A stretch of 64,000 nt of DNA. Source: Spirochaetia bacterium. GTDB taxonomy: Bacteria; Spirochaetota; Spirochaetia; DSM-2461. The stretch is taken from positions 1,184,001-1,248,000 of the forward strand of contig CAXXIA010000002.1 of NCBI GenBank assembly GCA_963666985.2, written 5' to 3'. A program made the position numbers and the translations under genes. How positions within the stretch are numbered: position 1 is the stretch's first letter; every line of letters starts with the position of its first letter. Below, in pieces: positions 9,769 through 19,455 of this stretch. A model generated the notes under the pieces. The model saw only the letters and a list, made by a program, of their open reading frames with translations, was not told the origin of the DNA and did not search any database.

Positions 9769-11091
9769 TTAACGACCGCCCGGAGGGGGGCCGCCGCCAC
9801 CGGGAGGGCCGCCGCCCGGACCGCCGCCTCCCGGGCCGCCGCCGAATCCCAAAAGTTCCATAACGCTCGTCCCGCCCTCTTCCTCTTCGGTACCATCGGC
9901 CGCTTGAGAGGCGGTATCCGCTGCCTTGGCCGTACGGAACACAATCACGCTGTCTCCGTCTTCAAGACCGCTTAACACCTGCACCATTCCTGAGCCGTAA
10001 TCGGCGATTGTTACCGGCGTCGGAACGGGTCTCATTCCATCGGGAAGTCCCGGGATATCCTCAAGACCTCCGCCCTCGGGCGGCTCACCGCCGGGGCCTC
10101 CCGGTCCCGGCGGCGTACCGGCCGCCATTCCGCCGGCCTCTCCATCCGCCGATTGTTCCGAACCGCCGGCAGGAATCCCTTCGGAGGGCCGCTGCGCGGC
10201 GAAGGCCTCGGCTTCCTCGGTGCTCACAAGCTTGAGAACCATGGTCTCATCCCCAAAGGTCTGCACGGCTTCCTCGGGGATGAGCAGAATATCCTCGGCA
10301 TCCGAAAGAAAAATCTCACCCGAGAACGTAAAATACGGCAGAATCACATCCGGAGGATTATCGATGGTTACCTCCGTCTGCAAAACGGCGATACCCTGGT
10401 CGGTTTCCTCGGCCTCAAGCGGAACGAACGACACCCGTCCCGGAACAATCAAATCGGGATAGGCATCGAAAATAAACTCAACCTTCTGCCCGACCGTAAG
10501 GTACGGGGCATCCAGTTCGTCCACTTCCACCGTGGCCTTCATCGTGGAACGATCGATTACCCGAACCACCACGTCCGTATCCGATCCGGCTTCCTGGGCC
10601 CGGACATAATCTCCCACATCGGCGTCCACCACCGACACCAAACCCGAAATGGTGCTGGAAAGACGCGTGTTATCCAGCTCTTCCTGAATCATTTCCAATT
10701 TGAGATTCAGCAAATCCAGATTCCGCTTCGTACCGGTAACTATTTCGGTATCGATTTCCACCTGGACTTCGGCCAGATCGTAACGCTGCTGACTGTCTTC
10801 CAGCGTCGCGACAACTTCACCCGCATCCACCGAATCCCCTTCGGTAACGAAAATGTTTTCAATATATCCGGCAATGGGAAAAGCCAAATCGGCGGAATTC
10901 GCGGGTTCGATATTCCCGCTGATCTCAATGCTTTCCTGATTTTTAACCGTTTCCACGGCGACGATTTCGGGGATTCCTCCCTCGGCCGCCGCAGAAGCGT
11001 TTCGGGGCTTTAGGAACAGAAACAGCGCGGCGGCGATCACCGCAGCGGCCGCGGGAACTGCGATCAAGAATATTTTTGCTCTTCGCGTCAT
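9769..11091 (-). CDS. Efflux periplasmic adaptor (MacA/HlyD-like) with Gly/Pro-rich segments
   Basis: N-terminal TM anchor, lipoyl-like 'IENIFVTEGDSVDAGEVVATL', 'VLSGLEDGDSV'; start MTRRAK at 11091 after GGAGG. Confidence 0.88.
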   Translation of the reverse strand: MTRRAKIFLIAVPAAAAVIAAALFLFLKPRNASAAAEGGIPEIVAVETVKNQESIEISGNIEPANSADLAFPIAGYIENIFVTEGDSVDAGEVVATLEDSQQRYDLAEVQVEIDTEIVTGTKRNLDLLNLKLEMIQEELDNTRLSSTISGLVSVVDADVGDYVRAQEAGSDTDVVVRVIDRSTMKATVEVDELDAPYLTVGQKVEFIFDAYPDLIVPGRVSFVPLEAEETDQGIAVLQTEVTIDNPPDVILPYFTFSGEIFLSDAEDILLIPEEAVQTFGDETMVLKLVSTEEAEAFAAQRPSEGIPAGGSEQSADGEAGGMAAGTPPGPGGPGGEPPEGGGLEDIPGLPDGMRPVPTPVTIADYGSGMVQVLSGLEDGDSVIVFRTAKAADTASQAADGTEEEEGGTSVMELLGFGGGPGGGGPGGGPPGGGGPPPGGR

Positions 11092-11171
11092 CGGTTTTCC
11101 TCCGATTTGGTAACGATTCATTCTCAAGATAACGATGAAATATGAACGAATTGAGAACGCGAAGAAAAATT

Positions 11172-11939
11172 TCAGCGAAGAATCGGAAGAACAAACGGCA
11201 GCGGGATTCTTTCCTGTTTATATTTTTTCGCCCCTCCGATTTCACTCAGCGCCGCTTCTCCTCTTCGTGAAGAGATTGTTTTAAATGAAGCGGAGGGATC
11301 GAATTGATATGCCGCCGACGGTCCGCCGAAAACCGGAATTGTTCCTACCTCGGCGAAAAAGGGACAATGGAAATGCCCGTGAAAAACGGCAAGAATCGTA
11401 TCCTGATAATCCTTTAAAATCCCTCCGAAAGAATCGGCATCTTCAAGTAAATAGGGATTCAGCCAGGAATCTTCTATGGGCAAGAATTGATGATGGATTA
11501 AAAGAATTGACGGCGTATTCTCGGAAAGGATGGATTCCAGGCGCCGCAGTTGTCCGGTGCCGAGTTTTCCGGAAGAAGAATCCAGACCGATTACCCTGAA
11601 AGACTCTTTCTCAACGGTATAGGGAAATCCGTCGGCCGTCTCCGGAAAGAATTTTTTCATCATCTCGGAATCATCATGATTCCCGGGAATATGCACGCAA
11701 GGTATGCGCAAATCGGCATAAAAACGATAGAGATCTTCGGATGCCGGCCGATTCAGCACATCTCCCGTATGAATACAGAGATCGGCGTGAAACCGTTTAA
11801 CGGCTTCCGAAACATTCCGGGAAAACAGCCGAATTTCACTCTCACCGTTCCCGGTGAAACCGAAATGGGTATCGGTTATGTGGAGTATCCGCAAATAAGA
11901 CATCATGTTCTCACTTCCCCGGAGACACCGAAAAATCAA
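11172..11939 (-). CDS. Calcineurin-like metallophosphoesterase (CpdA/GpdQ-like)
   Basis: DTH, GD, GNHD, HH and GHFH metal-binding motifs. Confidence 0.88.
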   Translation of the reverse strand: MIFRCLRGSENMMSYLRILHITDTHFGFTGNGESEIRLFSRNVSEAVKRFHADLCIHTGDVLNRPASEDLYRFYADLRIPCVHIPGNHDDSEMMKKFFPETADGFPYTVEKESFRVIGLDSSSGKLGTGQLRRLESILSENTPSILLIHHQFLPIEDSWLNPYLLEDADSFGGILKDYQDTILAVFHGHFHCPFFAEVGTIPVFGGPSAAYQFDPSASFKTISSRRGEAALSEIGGAKKYKQERIPLPFVLPILR

Positions 11940-13015
11940 TCCTCATCTTTAAATATGAATGCTTCGGTAAAGCGTAAAAACACTTCGTCACCCGGATGAT
12001 ACGTTACCGAAGAATCGGTATGAACCACGAATTCTCCGAAAGAAGTTTCAACCTCGTAAAGGAAATAGCAGCCCAAATACGTCCCGACAACCACACAGGC
12101 CGGAACGGTATCGTCACTCCCGAGTGCGGAGAGTTCCGCGTTTTCATAGCGAATAACGGCCGTCGCGGACACTCCTTCCTCCGGAGCGGAGGATTGAGCC
12201 GCGAGAAGAGGGACTTCGGCACCGAATGAAGTTGTCAGCGAAACCCTATTCCCGGACACGGCCGAGACAATTCCGTTAATCTTATTGGACCGCCCCAAGA
12301 AACAGGCGCTGAACAGATTTTTCGGCCTGCAGTACAAATCACGCGGATTATCGACCTGCCGAATCCTTCCTTCATTCATTAAAACAATCCGGTCGGAAAC
12401 CGCCATAGCCTCTTCCTGGTCATGGGTAACATACAGAATCGTCAATTTCAGTTTCCGCTGAATCTCTTTCAGCTCAAACCGCATTTGTTCCCGTAATTTG
12501 GAATCCAGATTGGAGAGAGGTTCATCGAGAAGCAAAGCGTCCGGATTCATCACAAGAGCCCGTCCGAGGGCAATCCTCTGCTGCTGACCTCCGGACATCA
12601 TGGAGGGATATTTTTCTTCACTTCCGGTGAGTTTCAGAAGATCCAGAACAGATCCGACTTTTTCGCGAAGTGCCGCGGCCGGTTCTTTTCGAATTCGCAG
12701 CGGATAGGCCACGTTATCAAACACATTCATATGCGGCCAAACCGCGTAACTCTGAAAAACCATTCCCAGATTTCGCTCCTCCGGAGGAACGTGTATCCGG
12801 CTTTCGGAAGATGCGGCAAAGGCGTTCCCGATTCGGATTTCACCGGAGGAAACTGAGAAAAAACCGGCGATACTGCGAAGAAGGGTTGTTTTCCCGCACC
12901 CCGAGGGACCCAGAATACTGACGAACTCCCCATCGGCGATATTGAGTGTAAAATCATCAACCGCGGTAAAAGTTCCGTATATTTTTCTTAAATGAGAAAT
13001 TGCGATTTCAGCCAT
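11936..13015 (-). CDS. ABC ATPase (Fe3+/polyamine/AfuC type) with TOBE domain
   Basis: GPSGCGKTT, 'VFQSYAVWPHM', SGGQQQR, 'DEPLSNLD'. Confidence 0.92.
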   Translation of the reverse strand: MAEIAISHLRKIYGTFTAVDDFTLNIADGEFVSILGPSGCGKTTLLRSIAGFFSVSSGEIRIGNAFAASSESRIHVPPEERNLGMVFQSYAVWPHMNVFDNVAYPLRIRKEPAAALREKVGSVLDLLKLTGSEEKYPSMMSGGQQQRIALGRALVMNPDALLLDEPLSNLDSKLREQMRFELKEIQRKLKLTILYVTHDQEEAMAVSDRIVLMNEGRIRQVDNPRDLYCRPKNLFSACFLGRSNKINGIVSAVSGNRVSLTTSFGAEVPLLAAQSSAPEEGVSATAVIRYENAELSALGSDDTVPACVVVGTYLGCYFLYEVETSFGEFVVHTDSSVTYHPGDEVFLRFTEAFIFKDED

Positions 13016-14726
13016 AATTCCGCTTCTTTCTATTTTTGTTCATTCGATTCATTTCAAAGAAACGCCCGTGCAGCATTTGAAGAATTAATACAATCATGAC
13101 AATGGCCATTGCATATGCACCGGCCACGGGAACCAATCCTTCTTCCATCACGTTAAAAGCCGTTACTCCTATGGTTTCGTTTCCCGGAGAGTAGAGGAGA
13201 ATCGACAGAGTCAATTCCGTCAGCGCCGGCATGAAAGCCAAAAGCCAGCCGGAACTGATGCCGCTTCGAAGAAGCGGCATGGAAATATCCCGCAGAACGC
13301 CGAAGTTTTTTCTTCCGGAGATTCGAGCCGCCTCTTCCAGCGAAGAATCGATCTGCTTCCAGGAGGCATCAATCGTCCGCATGGGGAAAATCATAAATCG
13401 GACGATATACGCCAAAGCAAGAATCCAAATCGTATTGTATATGGAAACGCCGAGAACCGGATGAATCCAGGAAAGGATCATCGCCACGCCGATAACGATA
13501 CCGGGAACGGCATAAGGCAGGCTCACGATATGATCAATAAACTGATGCCCGTACACCCGTTTGTTGCGGCGCAGATAAACCAGCAGGACCGCCGCCAAGG
13601 TTATCAAAGAAGGAACAATAACGGCCAATCCGAGGCTGTTCCGAAACGATCTTTGAACCAATCCCATTCCGGCCAAAGTCCGATAATGCGCCAGAGTCAT
13701 ATTCTCAGGGCTAAGCGGAAGTCCGAGGGCGCGGGTCAGGGAAGTCACCAGAATCGCCGCAAGGGGTCCGAATACAACCATCAAGACAAAAAGAGCCACC
13801 AGTATCGTCAAAGGCAGACGAAACGGTCCGAGACGAACGGGCTCCATCGGGGCGCTCTTGCCGGTTATGGTCGAATAGCGGTCGAACCGTGTCATCAAGG
13901 CCTGAACACTCTGCGCCATTCCCGCAATAACCAGAAGGAGCAGGGAAAGACCCGTGGCTATGCCGATTCCATTCGGATCCCGAAATCCTCCTATATAGCC
14001 GTAGATTCTGGTTGTTACAACGATGAATCGTCCCGGCGTTCCGAGCAGTGCCGGTATCCCGAACATGGAAATGGTCGTGACAAAAACAATCATCGCGGAA
14101 GAGGCCACCGACGGCAGAAGAACGGGCAGAACGATATCCCTTAAAACCCGGCCCTTTCCGGCGCCGGAAATAAGAGCGGCTTCCTCAAGATGAGCACCCA
14201 TGTTTTCAATGCTCCGCGACAGAACGATAAATGAGTAGGGATAGGTATAGATCACCGAAACCAGAATAACTCCCCCCGCTCCGTAAATGCTGAATAGAGG
14301 GGAATCCAATTGAAACAGATTTTGAAGAAAGACATTTACATATCCGGCATTACCCAAAAGTCTTGTCCAGGCAAAGGCCATGATGAACGGCGGAATAAAA
14401 AATGGAACAACCAAAGCCGTCCGAAAAAAACGGCGGGCATGCAAATCGGTTCGGACAACCAGCCAGGAAAAAACCAGTGCAAGGGGAACGGCGATTGCCG
14501 TTACGGCAATTCCGAGAACAAGGCTGTTTTTTAACGCCCTTAGATTCGATTCATTTCCGACGATCTCCAGCATGTTGCCGCAGGAGAATGCTCCATCCCG
14601 AGTAAATGCCGCCGTAACCAGATGCAAAATCGGATAAATGAAAAGGATTAATAAAACGCCGTAAACCAGAACGGTTATTCCGATCTTACGCGAATCACGG
14701 GATAAAAAAGAACTCTTCAAGTACAT
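13008..14726 (-). CDS. ABC permease with two EAA repeats (FbpB/AfuB type)
   Basis: 572 aa; two copies of 'LEEAA..SG'; about 12 TM segments. Confidence 0.9.
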   Translation of the reverse strand: MYLKSSFLSRDSRKIGITVLVYGVLLILFIYPILHLVTAAFTRDGAFSCGNMLEIVGNESNLRALKNSLVLGIAVTAIAVPLALVFSWLVVRTDLHARRFFRTALVVPFFIPPFIMAFAWTRLLGNAGYVNVFLQNLFQLDSPLFSIYGAGGVILVSVIYTYPYSFIVLSRSIENMGAHLEEAALISGAGKGRVLRDIVLPVLLPSVASSAMIVFVTTISMFGIPALLGTPGRFIVVTTRIYGYIGGFRDPNGIGIATGLSLLLLVIAGMAQSVQALMTRFDRYSTITGKSAPMEPVRLGPFRLPLTILVALFVLMVVFGPLAAILVTSLTRALGLPLSPENMTLAHYRTLAGMGLVQRSFRNSLGLAVIVPSLITLAAVLLVYLRRNKRVYGHQFIDHIVSLPYAVPGIVIGVAMILSWIHPVLGVSIYNTIWILALAYIVRFMIFPMRTIDASWKQIDSSLEEAARISGRKNFGVLRDISMPLLRSGISSGWLLAFMPALTELTLSILLYSPGNETIGVTAFNVMEEGLVPVAGAYAMAIVMIVLILQMLHGRFFEMNRMNKNRKKRNYG

Positions 14727-14813
14727 TTCCCTGTAAAAAATATATATACCGGCTTTTCGGATTCACCGGAGAACCGGCGATTCCGAATAAACCGGCCTAA
14801 CTTTATCCTGCTA

Positions 14814-15821
14814 TTAATCGATACCGAAAATCTTCGCGTATTCGTTCAGAATGGATTCCCGATTCTCAGCCAAGTTCTTCCAATCCGTTTCCAGAACGGG
14901 AATATCGGCCGCCGAAGGAACGCCCTTCGGAAGAGCCACGTTCTTATTCACCGGCATGTAGCCGTTCGCCTGCAGCTGGAGCTGTCCGGGAACGCTCATA
15001 AGATAATTAATGAAAGCGGTGGAAAGTTCCGGATTGTCGGTTGCGGCCATAACGCCGGCCGGAGTTGGAACATAAACCGCTCCTTCCTTCTGATAACAAT
15101 ATCCAACCGGAGATCCCTGCTCCTGCTGAGCACGGGCCATGAAATCTATCGTCAGGCCTATGGCATATTCTCCGGAAGCGATACCCCGTGCGATTCCCCC
15201 GTTTCCTCCGGAAACAACCGGATTATTCGCCGCAAGTTTCTTGTAGAAATCCCATCCGAGTCTATCGTCGTTAATCACACTGGCAACCTGAGTTACCGTT
15301 GCTCCGGAAACAAACGGACTGGCCGACCCGACTTTTCCCTTGTAGCGTTCGTCGGTTAAATCGAACCAACTGTCAATTTTCTCCGTAACCAGATTGGTGT
15401 TATAGGCAATGATCTGATAAATCAAACGCAATTCATACGCCATTCCATCGAAGTAGACAAAGGATTCCGGAATATTCGCAGCTTCCGCCGGCTGAATCTT
15501 CAGCAGCCGACCGTCTTGAGCAAACTGCTCAAAGAGAGCCATATCCGCGAACCAGATTACATCGGCGGGAGTTTCACCCGCCTGCAGCTCGGTCATCAAT
15601 CGCGCCGTCAATTCCGTCGTTCCCAGGCGGAAGATTTCCACCTTTGTTCCGGGATTCAGCAATTCGAACTGATCAACATAAGATTGAACATCTGTCAGAG
15701 TTTCCGAGGTGTACAGAGTTATCGTACCGGAAATTCCATTCGAACTTTCTTCTTTACTCCCGCCGGCGAAAACCGGGCTTATGGCAAGAAGAATCATAAC
15801 TATGGCAATGACATTCTTCAT
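14814..15821 (-). CDS. ABC substrate-binding protein (FbpA/AfuA type)
   Basis: Start MKNVIA at 15821 after GGAGG; 'PADVIW', 'IAYNTNLV', 'SWFDL'. Confidence 0.88.
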   Translation of the reverse strand: MKNVIAIVMILLAISPVFAGGSKEESSNGISGTITLYTSETLTDVQSYVDQFELLNPGTKVEIFRLGTTELTARLMTELQAGETPADVIWFADMALFEQFAQDGRLLKIQPAEAANIPESFVYFDGMAYELRLIYQIIAYNTNLVTEKIDSWFDLTDERYKGKVGSASPFVSGATVTQVASVINDDRLGWDFYKKLAANNPVVSGGNGGIARGIASGEYAIGLTIDFMARAQQEQGSPVGYCYQKEGAVYVPTPAGVMAATDNPELSTAFINYLMSVPGQLQLQANGYMPVNKNVALPKGVPSAADIPVLETDWKNLAENRESILNEYAKIFGID

Positions 15822-15916
15822 ATCCTTCACCTCCGTAAAATGTAAGGCGAACATTACATTTAATTGATGAGAAAATTGTTAACGTACAATGAATTTTCAA
15901 TAAAGCAGCGTAAGGA

Positions 15917-16723
15917 TTATTCGTGAGCTTCCAGCTGACGCCGGTCCAGCTCTATGAAGAAACTCGACCGATCCCCTCTGTACCAGGCTTTTGAATATTC
16001 CACGCATCGGCCGGAATCAAGATATCCGTGCGTTTCAATGTATTGAATCGGCACTCCGACGGCGATTCCCAATATATGAGACTCTGCCGTCTCGGAATAA
16101 ACCGCTTCCATCCGACGGGTGGCGCGAACCATGGGCAGTTTATAAACATGCTCTATCGTATGACGAAGCGCCACCAGCTCCACCGCATGATCTTCCAGGC
16201 CAGGAAGAAGATCCGCGGGAAGAAAGGTAACGACGGTCATTAAAGAGATTCCATTCGTCGACCGTTTGCGCTGAAGGCGGTAAACCTCTTCTTTCGGCGG
16301 GATTCCAAGCTGAGCGGCGATTATTTCATCCGCTTCTTCCCGTTTGAAATCCAAAATCTCCGTTTCCGACGATCGGCCCGCGGAACGCATTTCATGATCG
16401 AAAGTCTGAAAGGTCATTCTGAAATCCCGCCGTACGCGCGAAGCCGTTACAAAGGTTCCCCGGCCGGCCGTCCGTTCAACAAGGCCCTCCTGCACCAACT
16501 CGGCTATCGCCTGCCGAATGGTGGGACGGCTGACGGAAAAAAGCTCGCACAGCTGTGTTTCAGCGGGAAATGAATCGCCTTCATTACAGCGGGCTATATA
16601 GCGAAGAAGAATTTGCTTGATTTGATAATACAGAGGAATGGGACTGTCTTTATCGAGAGATGCCGAAAACGACTCCGAAAAAACGGGTGAGTCGGCAATA
16701 CTCAAATCACAGGTGTCGGACAT
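15917..16723 (-). CDS. GntR (HutC/UTRA) family transcriptional regulator
   Basis: 'PLYYQIK', 'FPAETQLCELFSVSRPTIRQAI', 'GRGTFV', UTRA-like C-terminus; start uncertain (16723 or 16783). Confidence 0.9.
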   Translation of the reverse strand: MSDTCDLSIADSPVFSESFSASLDKDSPIPLYYQIKQILLRYIARCNEGDSFPAETQLCELFSVSRPTIRQAIAELVQEGLVERTAGRGTFVTASRVRRDFRMTFQTFDHEMRSAGRSSETEILDFKREEADEIIAAQLGIPPKEEVYRLQRKRSTNGISLMTVVTFLPADLLPGLEDHAVELVALRHTIEHVYKLPMVRATRRMEAVYSETAESHILGIAVGVPIQYIETHGYLDSGRCVEYSKAWYRGDRSSFFIELDRRQLEAHE

Positions 16724-16742
16724 CTCATGAACAATAGAAGTA

Positions 16743-17396
16743 TTACCGGCCAAGCGCAAGAAGAGGGGGCAATGAATAAACATCCGTTACGCCGTCGACA
16801 AGGATTCCCCCCAGTCCGATTGAAAGAGCCGGTTCTATATCAACTTCATACCGATCACCGACGCTGACCGCTTTGCGCGGATCACAGTCCAGGGTTTCCA
16901 GCGCAAACCGAAAAACATCGGGATTCGGTTTTGATTTCATCGTGGAATCCAGACCGACAACATGCTGAAAAAACCGGTCGACTCCGAGAATCGCAAGTGT
17001 TTCGCGGCCGATTTTCACGGGATTATTGGTTACGGCCATTATCCGGTAGAGGCCGGATAATTCCTCAATGGTCTTTACGAGAAACTCGTCTTTTTTGAGA
17101 AATGATTCCGGATGAATAAGGTCTTCCCGCCAAGCGACACTGGTTTCAATGGGAACGCCCAGCGCGGCAAAAATATTCCCAAGGCTCCGGCAGCCGTTAT
17201 CTTCTCTTTCTTCATGATCCGCTCGGCATCGCCGAATCTTTTCCTGAGCTTCTTTAAAAGTCAGTGATAGTTCTTGAGCGAGACGCCCGATTAAGACATC
17301 AATCTGATGCCGTGCATATATTTCATTATCATAAAGAGTTTTATCTATATCAAAAATGATTCCTTCAATCCGGGAAGGAAGAGAAAAAACGCGCAC
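16743..17396 (-). CDS. HAD-family hydrolase/phosphatase
   Basis: Motif I 'FDIDKTL', 'VTNN', 'KPNP', 'VGDRYEVD'. Confidence 0.88.
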   Translation of the reverse strand: MRVFSLPSRIEGIIFDIDKTLYDNEIYARHQIDVLIGRLAQELSLTFKEAQEKIRRCRADHEEREDNGCRSLGNIFAALGVPIETSVAWREDLIHPESFLKKDEFLVKTIEELSGLYRIMAVTNNPVKIGRETLAILGVDRFFQHVVGLDSTMKSKPNPDVFRFALETLDCDPRKAVSVGDRYEVDIEPALSIGLGGILVDGVTDVYSLPPLLALGR

Positions 17397-17572
17397 TGAC
17401 GTAGTATAGGGAAAGAAGAAGAACTGTCAAAGAGTAAAAACAATAAAAGACGAAAACGAAAAGAATCCGCGAAACCTGATTACGGCGGCCCGGATCCGCG
17501 CGTTTCTGATTTCCGATTCTTATGGAATCGGCCGGCGTCTTACCCATCATAAGAACACCGGCGTTTCCTCGG

Positions 17573-18586
17573 TTACAGCCTGATCTTTTCTCCATTCCGT
17601 GCCGATTGAATCTCGGCCAGAACGACTTCCAGAGATTCGGCAGCGGTTTCGGGGGTAACGATTCTCGGTTCCGAACCCGACGCGATGCATTCCACGAAAT
17701 CCTTAAGCTCGTAATAGTAGCCGTCGTTGGAATCCAAATCCACCGCGATCCTTTCGCCTTCCTGAGGATGTATGGTGAATAAGGGCTGTTTCGAGGAATC
17801 CATTTCCAAAACGGCCTTCTCCAGAACAACCAAGGCTCTCATGGTAAAGCCGAAACTGTCGGAACAAACCCAGTTCCCCACCGACGTAACACTCTTATCG
17901 GGATAATCATAAATACTGGCGATATGACCGTAGGAATCGTCTTTTCCGGCACTTCCGGATGAAGTCACACCCGTGGGACGGCCGAACCAATTAAGAACCA
18001 TATCAACATCATGAATATGAAGATCAAGGGCGGCATTTCCGGAATTCGCCGGATTCATAATCCAGTTGTCCGTACTCCAGGTAGGGGTTTGAGAATACCG
18101 GGCAAGCTCGGCGCTCACGACTTCGCCATAAGTCTTTTCGGCAATGATTTTCCCCATTTCCACATAAACGGGCCAGAAACGAAGACATTGACCGATGGTC
18201 AGATATTTACCGCTGGATTTTGCCGCGGCCATCATCTCTTTCGCTTCGGCAAGATTCCGAGCCATGGGCTTCTCACAGAATACGTGAAAACCGGCGTCCA
18301 GCGCCCGAATGGTGAAATCCCGATGAAGCTGCGTGGGCAAACAGAGATCGACATAATCGAACTCCCCCCATTCCAGCATTTCTTTATAATTGGAGAACCT
18401 CTTCACATCGGACAAATCGCCTAAACCGCCTTCAATGGCGATATTCCCGGCCTGTCCTTCCTTTAAAGACAAATTATCCGCATTCGTATCGCAAAGAGCG
18501 GCGACTTTTACACCGTCAAGTCGTCCGTAAATGGAAAGATGCATCTTTCCCATGAAGCCCAAGCCCGTTAATGCAACGCGTACCAT
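17573..18586 (-). CDS. Gfo/Idh/MocA NAD(P)-dependent oxidoreductase
   Basis: 'GLGFMG', 'CEKPM', 'DLHIHDVD'. Confidence 0.92.
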   Translation of the reverse strand: MVRVALTGLGFMGKMHLSIYGRLDGVKVAALCDTNADNLSLKEGQAGNIAIEGGLGDLSDVKRFSNYKEMLEWGEFDYVDLCLPTQLHRDFTIRALDAGFHVFCEKPMARNLAEAKEMMAAAKSSGKYLTIGQCLRFWPVYVEMGKIIAEKTYGEVVSAELARYSQTPTWSTDNWIMNPANSGNAALDLHIHDVDMVLNWFGRPTGVTSSGSAGKDDSYGHIASIYDYPDKSVTSVGNWVCSDSFGFTMRALVVLEKAVLEMDSSKQPLFTIHPQEGERIAVDLDSNDGYYYELKDFVECIASGSEPRIVTPETAAESLEVVLAEIQSARNGEKIRL

Positions 18587-18593
18587 ACTTTCC

Positions 18594-19436
18594 TCACTTC
18601 ATATTCAGAATCAAATCGACGGCGGCGGCGGCCTTTTCCGGCACACCGGGAGCGGCGGGAACATATTCAACCGTATAAGGTCCCCGATAGCCGATTTCTC
18701 CGAAGGCTTTCATCACTTCCGGATAAGGAACATCACCGGCCAGCAAATCGACAAAACCGTCGAGATTGCCCACGCTCACCCGAAAATCCTTCAAATGAAC
18801 CGCCAAAATCCGTTTTCCCAAAGTGCGAATCCAGTCTTCGGGATGCCCGTAGAGCATAACGTTGCCGACATCGAAATAAGATCCCACCCAGGGAGAATCA
18901 AAAGAATCAATAAAATCTCTCATTTCCACCGGTGAAAGCAAAAAACGATTCCAGACATTTTCAACGCCCAGCTTCACTCCGGCGGCCTCGGCGTGAGGAA
19001 GAAGCGTCTGTACGGCTTCTTTCGCCCGCTTCATCACTTCCAAATAAGGCTGAGGCGCATAATCCGGAACAAAGCAGGCGGAAACCATGCCGGGAAGATA
19101 GAGGAGAGTCTTGCATCCCAACCCGGAAGCGATTTCCAGGGCCCGCCGATAGTCGCCCAGAGCTTTCGAGCGGACCTTCGGATCAGGATGCGTGGGAGAA
19201 GCCCCCCAGGCCATGCCCGAAGCCATGGTCGGCAGAGCCATTCCGAGATCGGCGGCCATATCCTTAATGGCCGAGGCTTCCTTTTCCGTCGTATCCGGAT
19301 GAACGGCGCTTCCCGGATCCATGGTAAATTCGAATGAATCAAAGCCAAGCGACTTGGCCTTTTCAAGAACGGTTCGGGCATCAAGAGACTTTCCCTGCCC
19401 GTCGGGCAAAAATGCCCAATAATTGATCCCTTTCAT
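18594..19436 (-). CDS. Sugar phosphate isomerase/epimerase (AP-endonuclease-2 TIM barrel)
   Basis: 'ENVWNRFLLSP', 'YFDVGN', 'VHLKDF', terminal metal-binding Glu. Confidence 0.9.
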   Translation of the reverse strand: MKGINYWAFLPDGQGKSLDARTVLEKAKSLGFDSFEFTMDPGSAVHPDTTEKEASAIKDMAADLGMALPTMASGMAWGASPTHPDPKVRSKALGDYRRALEIASGLGCKTLLYLPGMVSACFVPDYAPQPYLEVMKRAKEAVQTLLPHAEAAGVKLGVENVWNRFLLSPVEMRDFIDSFDSPWVGSYFDVGNVMLYGHPEDWIRTLGKRILAVHLKDFRVSVGNLDGFVDLLAGDVPYPEVMKAFGEIGYRGPYTVEYVPAAPGVPEKAAAAVDLILNMK

Positions 19437-19455
19437 GAACGTAAAACCTCCATCA

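Noticed and set aside
14745..14800. Hairpins after SBP genes (also about 21215-21260)
   Set aside because: Ordinary mRNA-stabilising stems typical of ABC operons.
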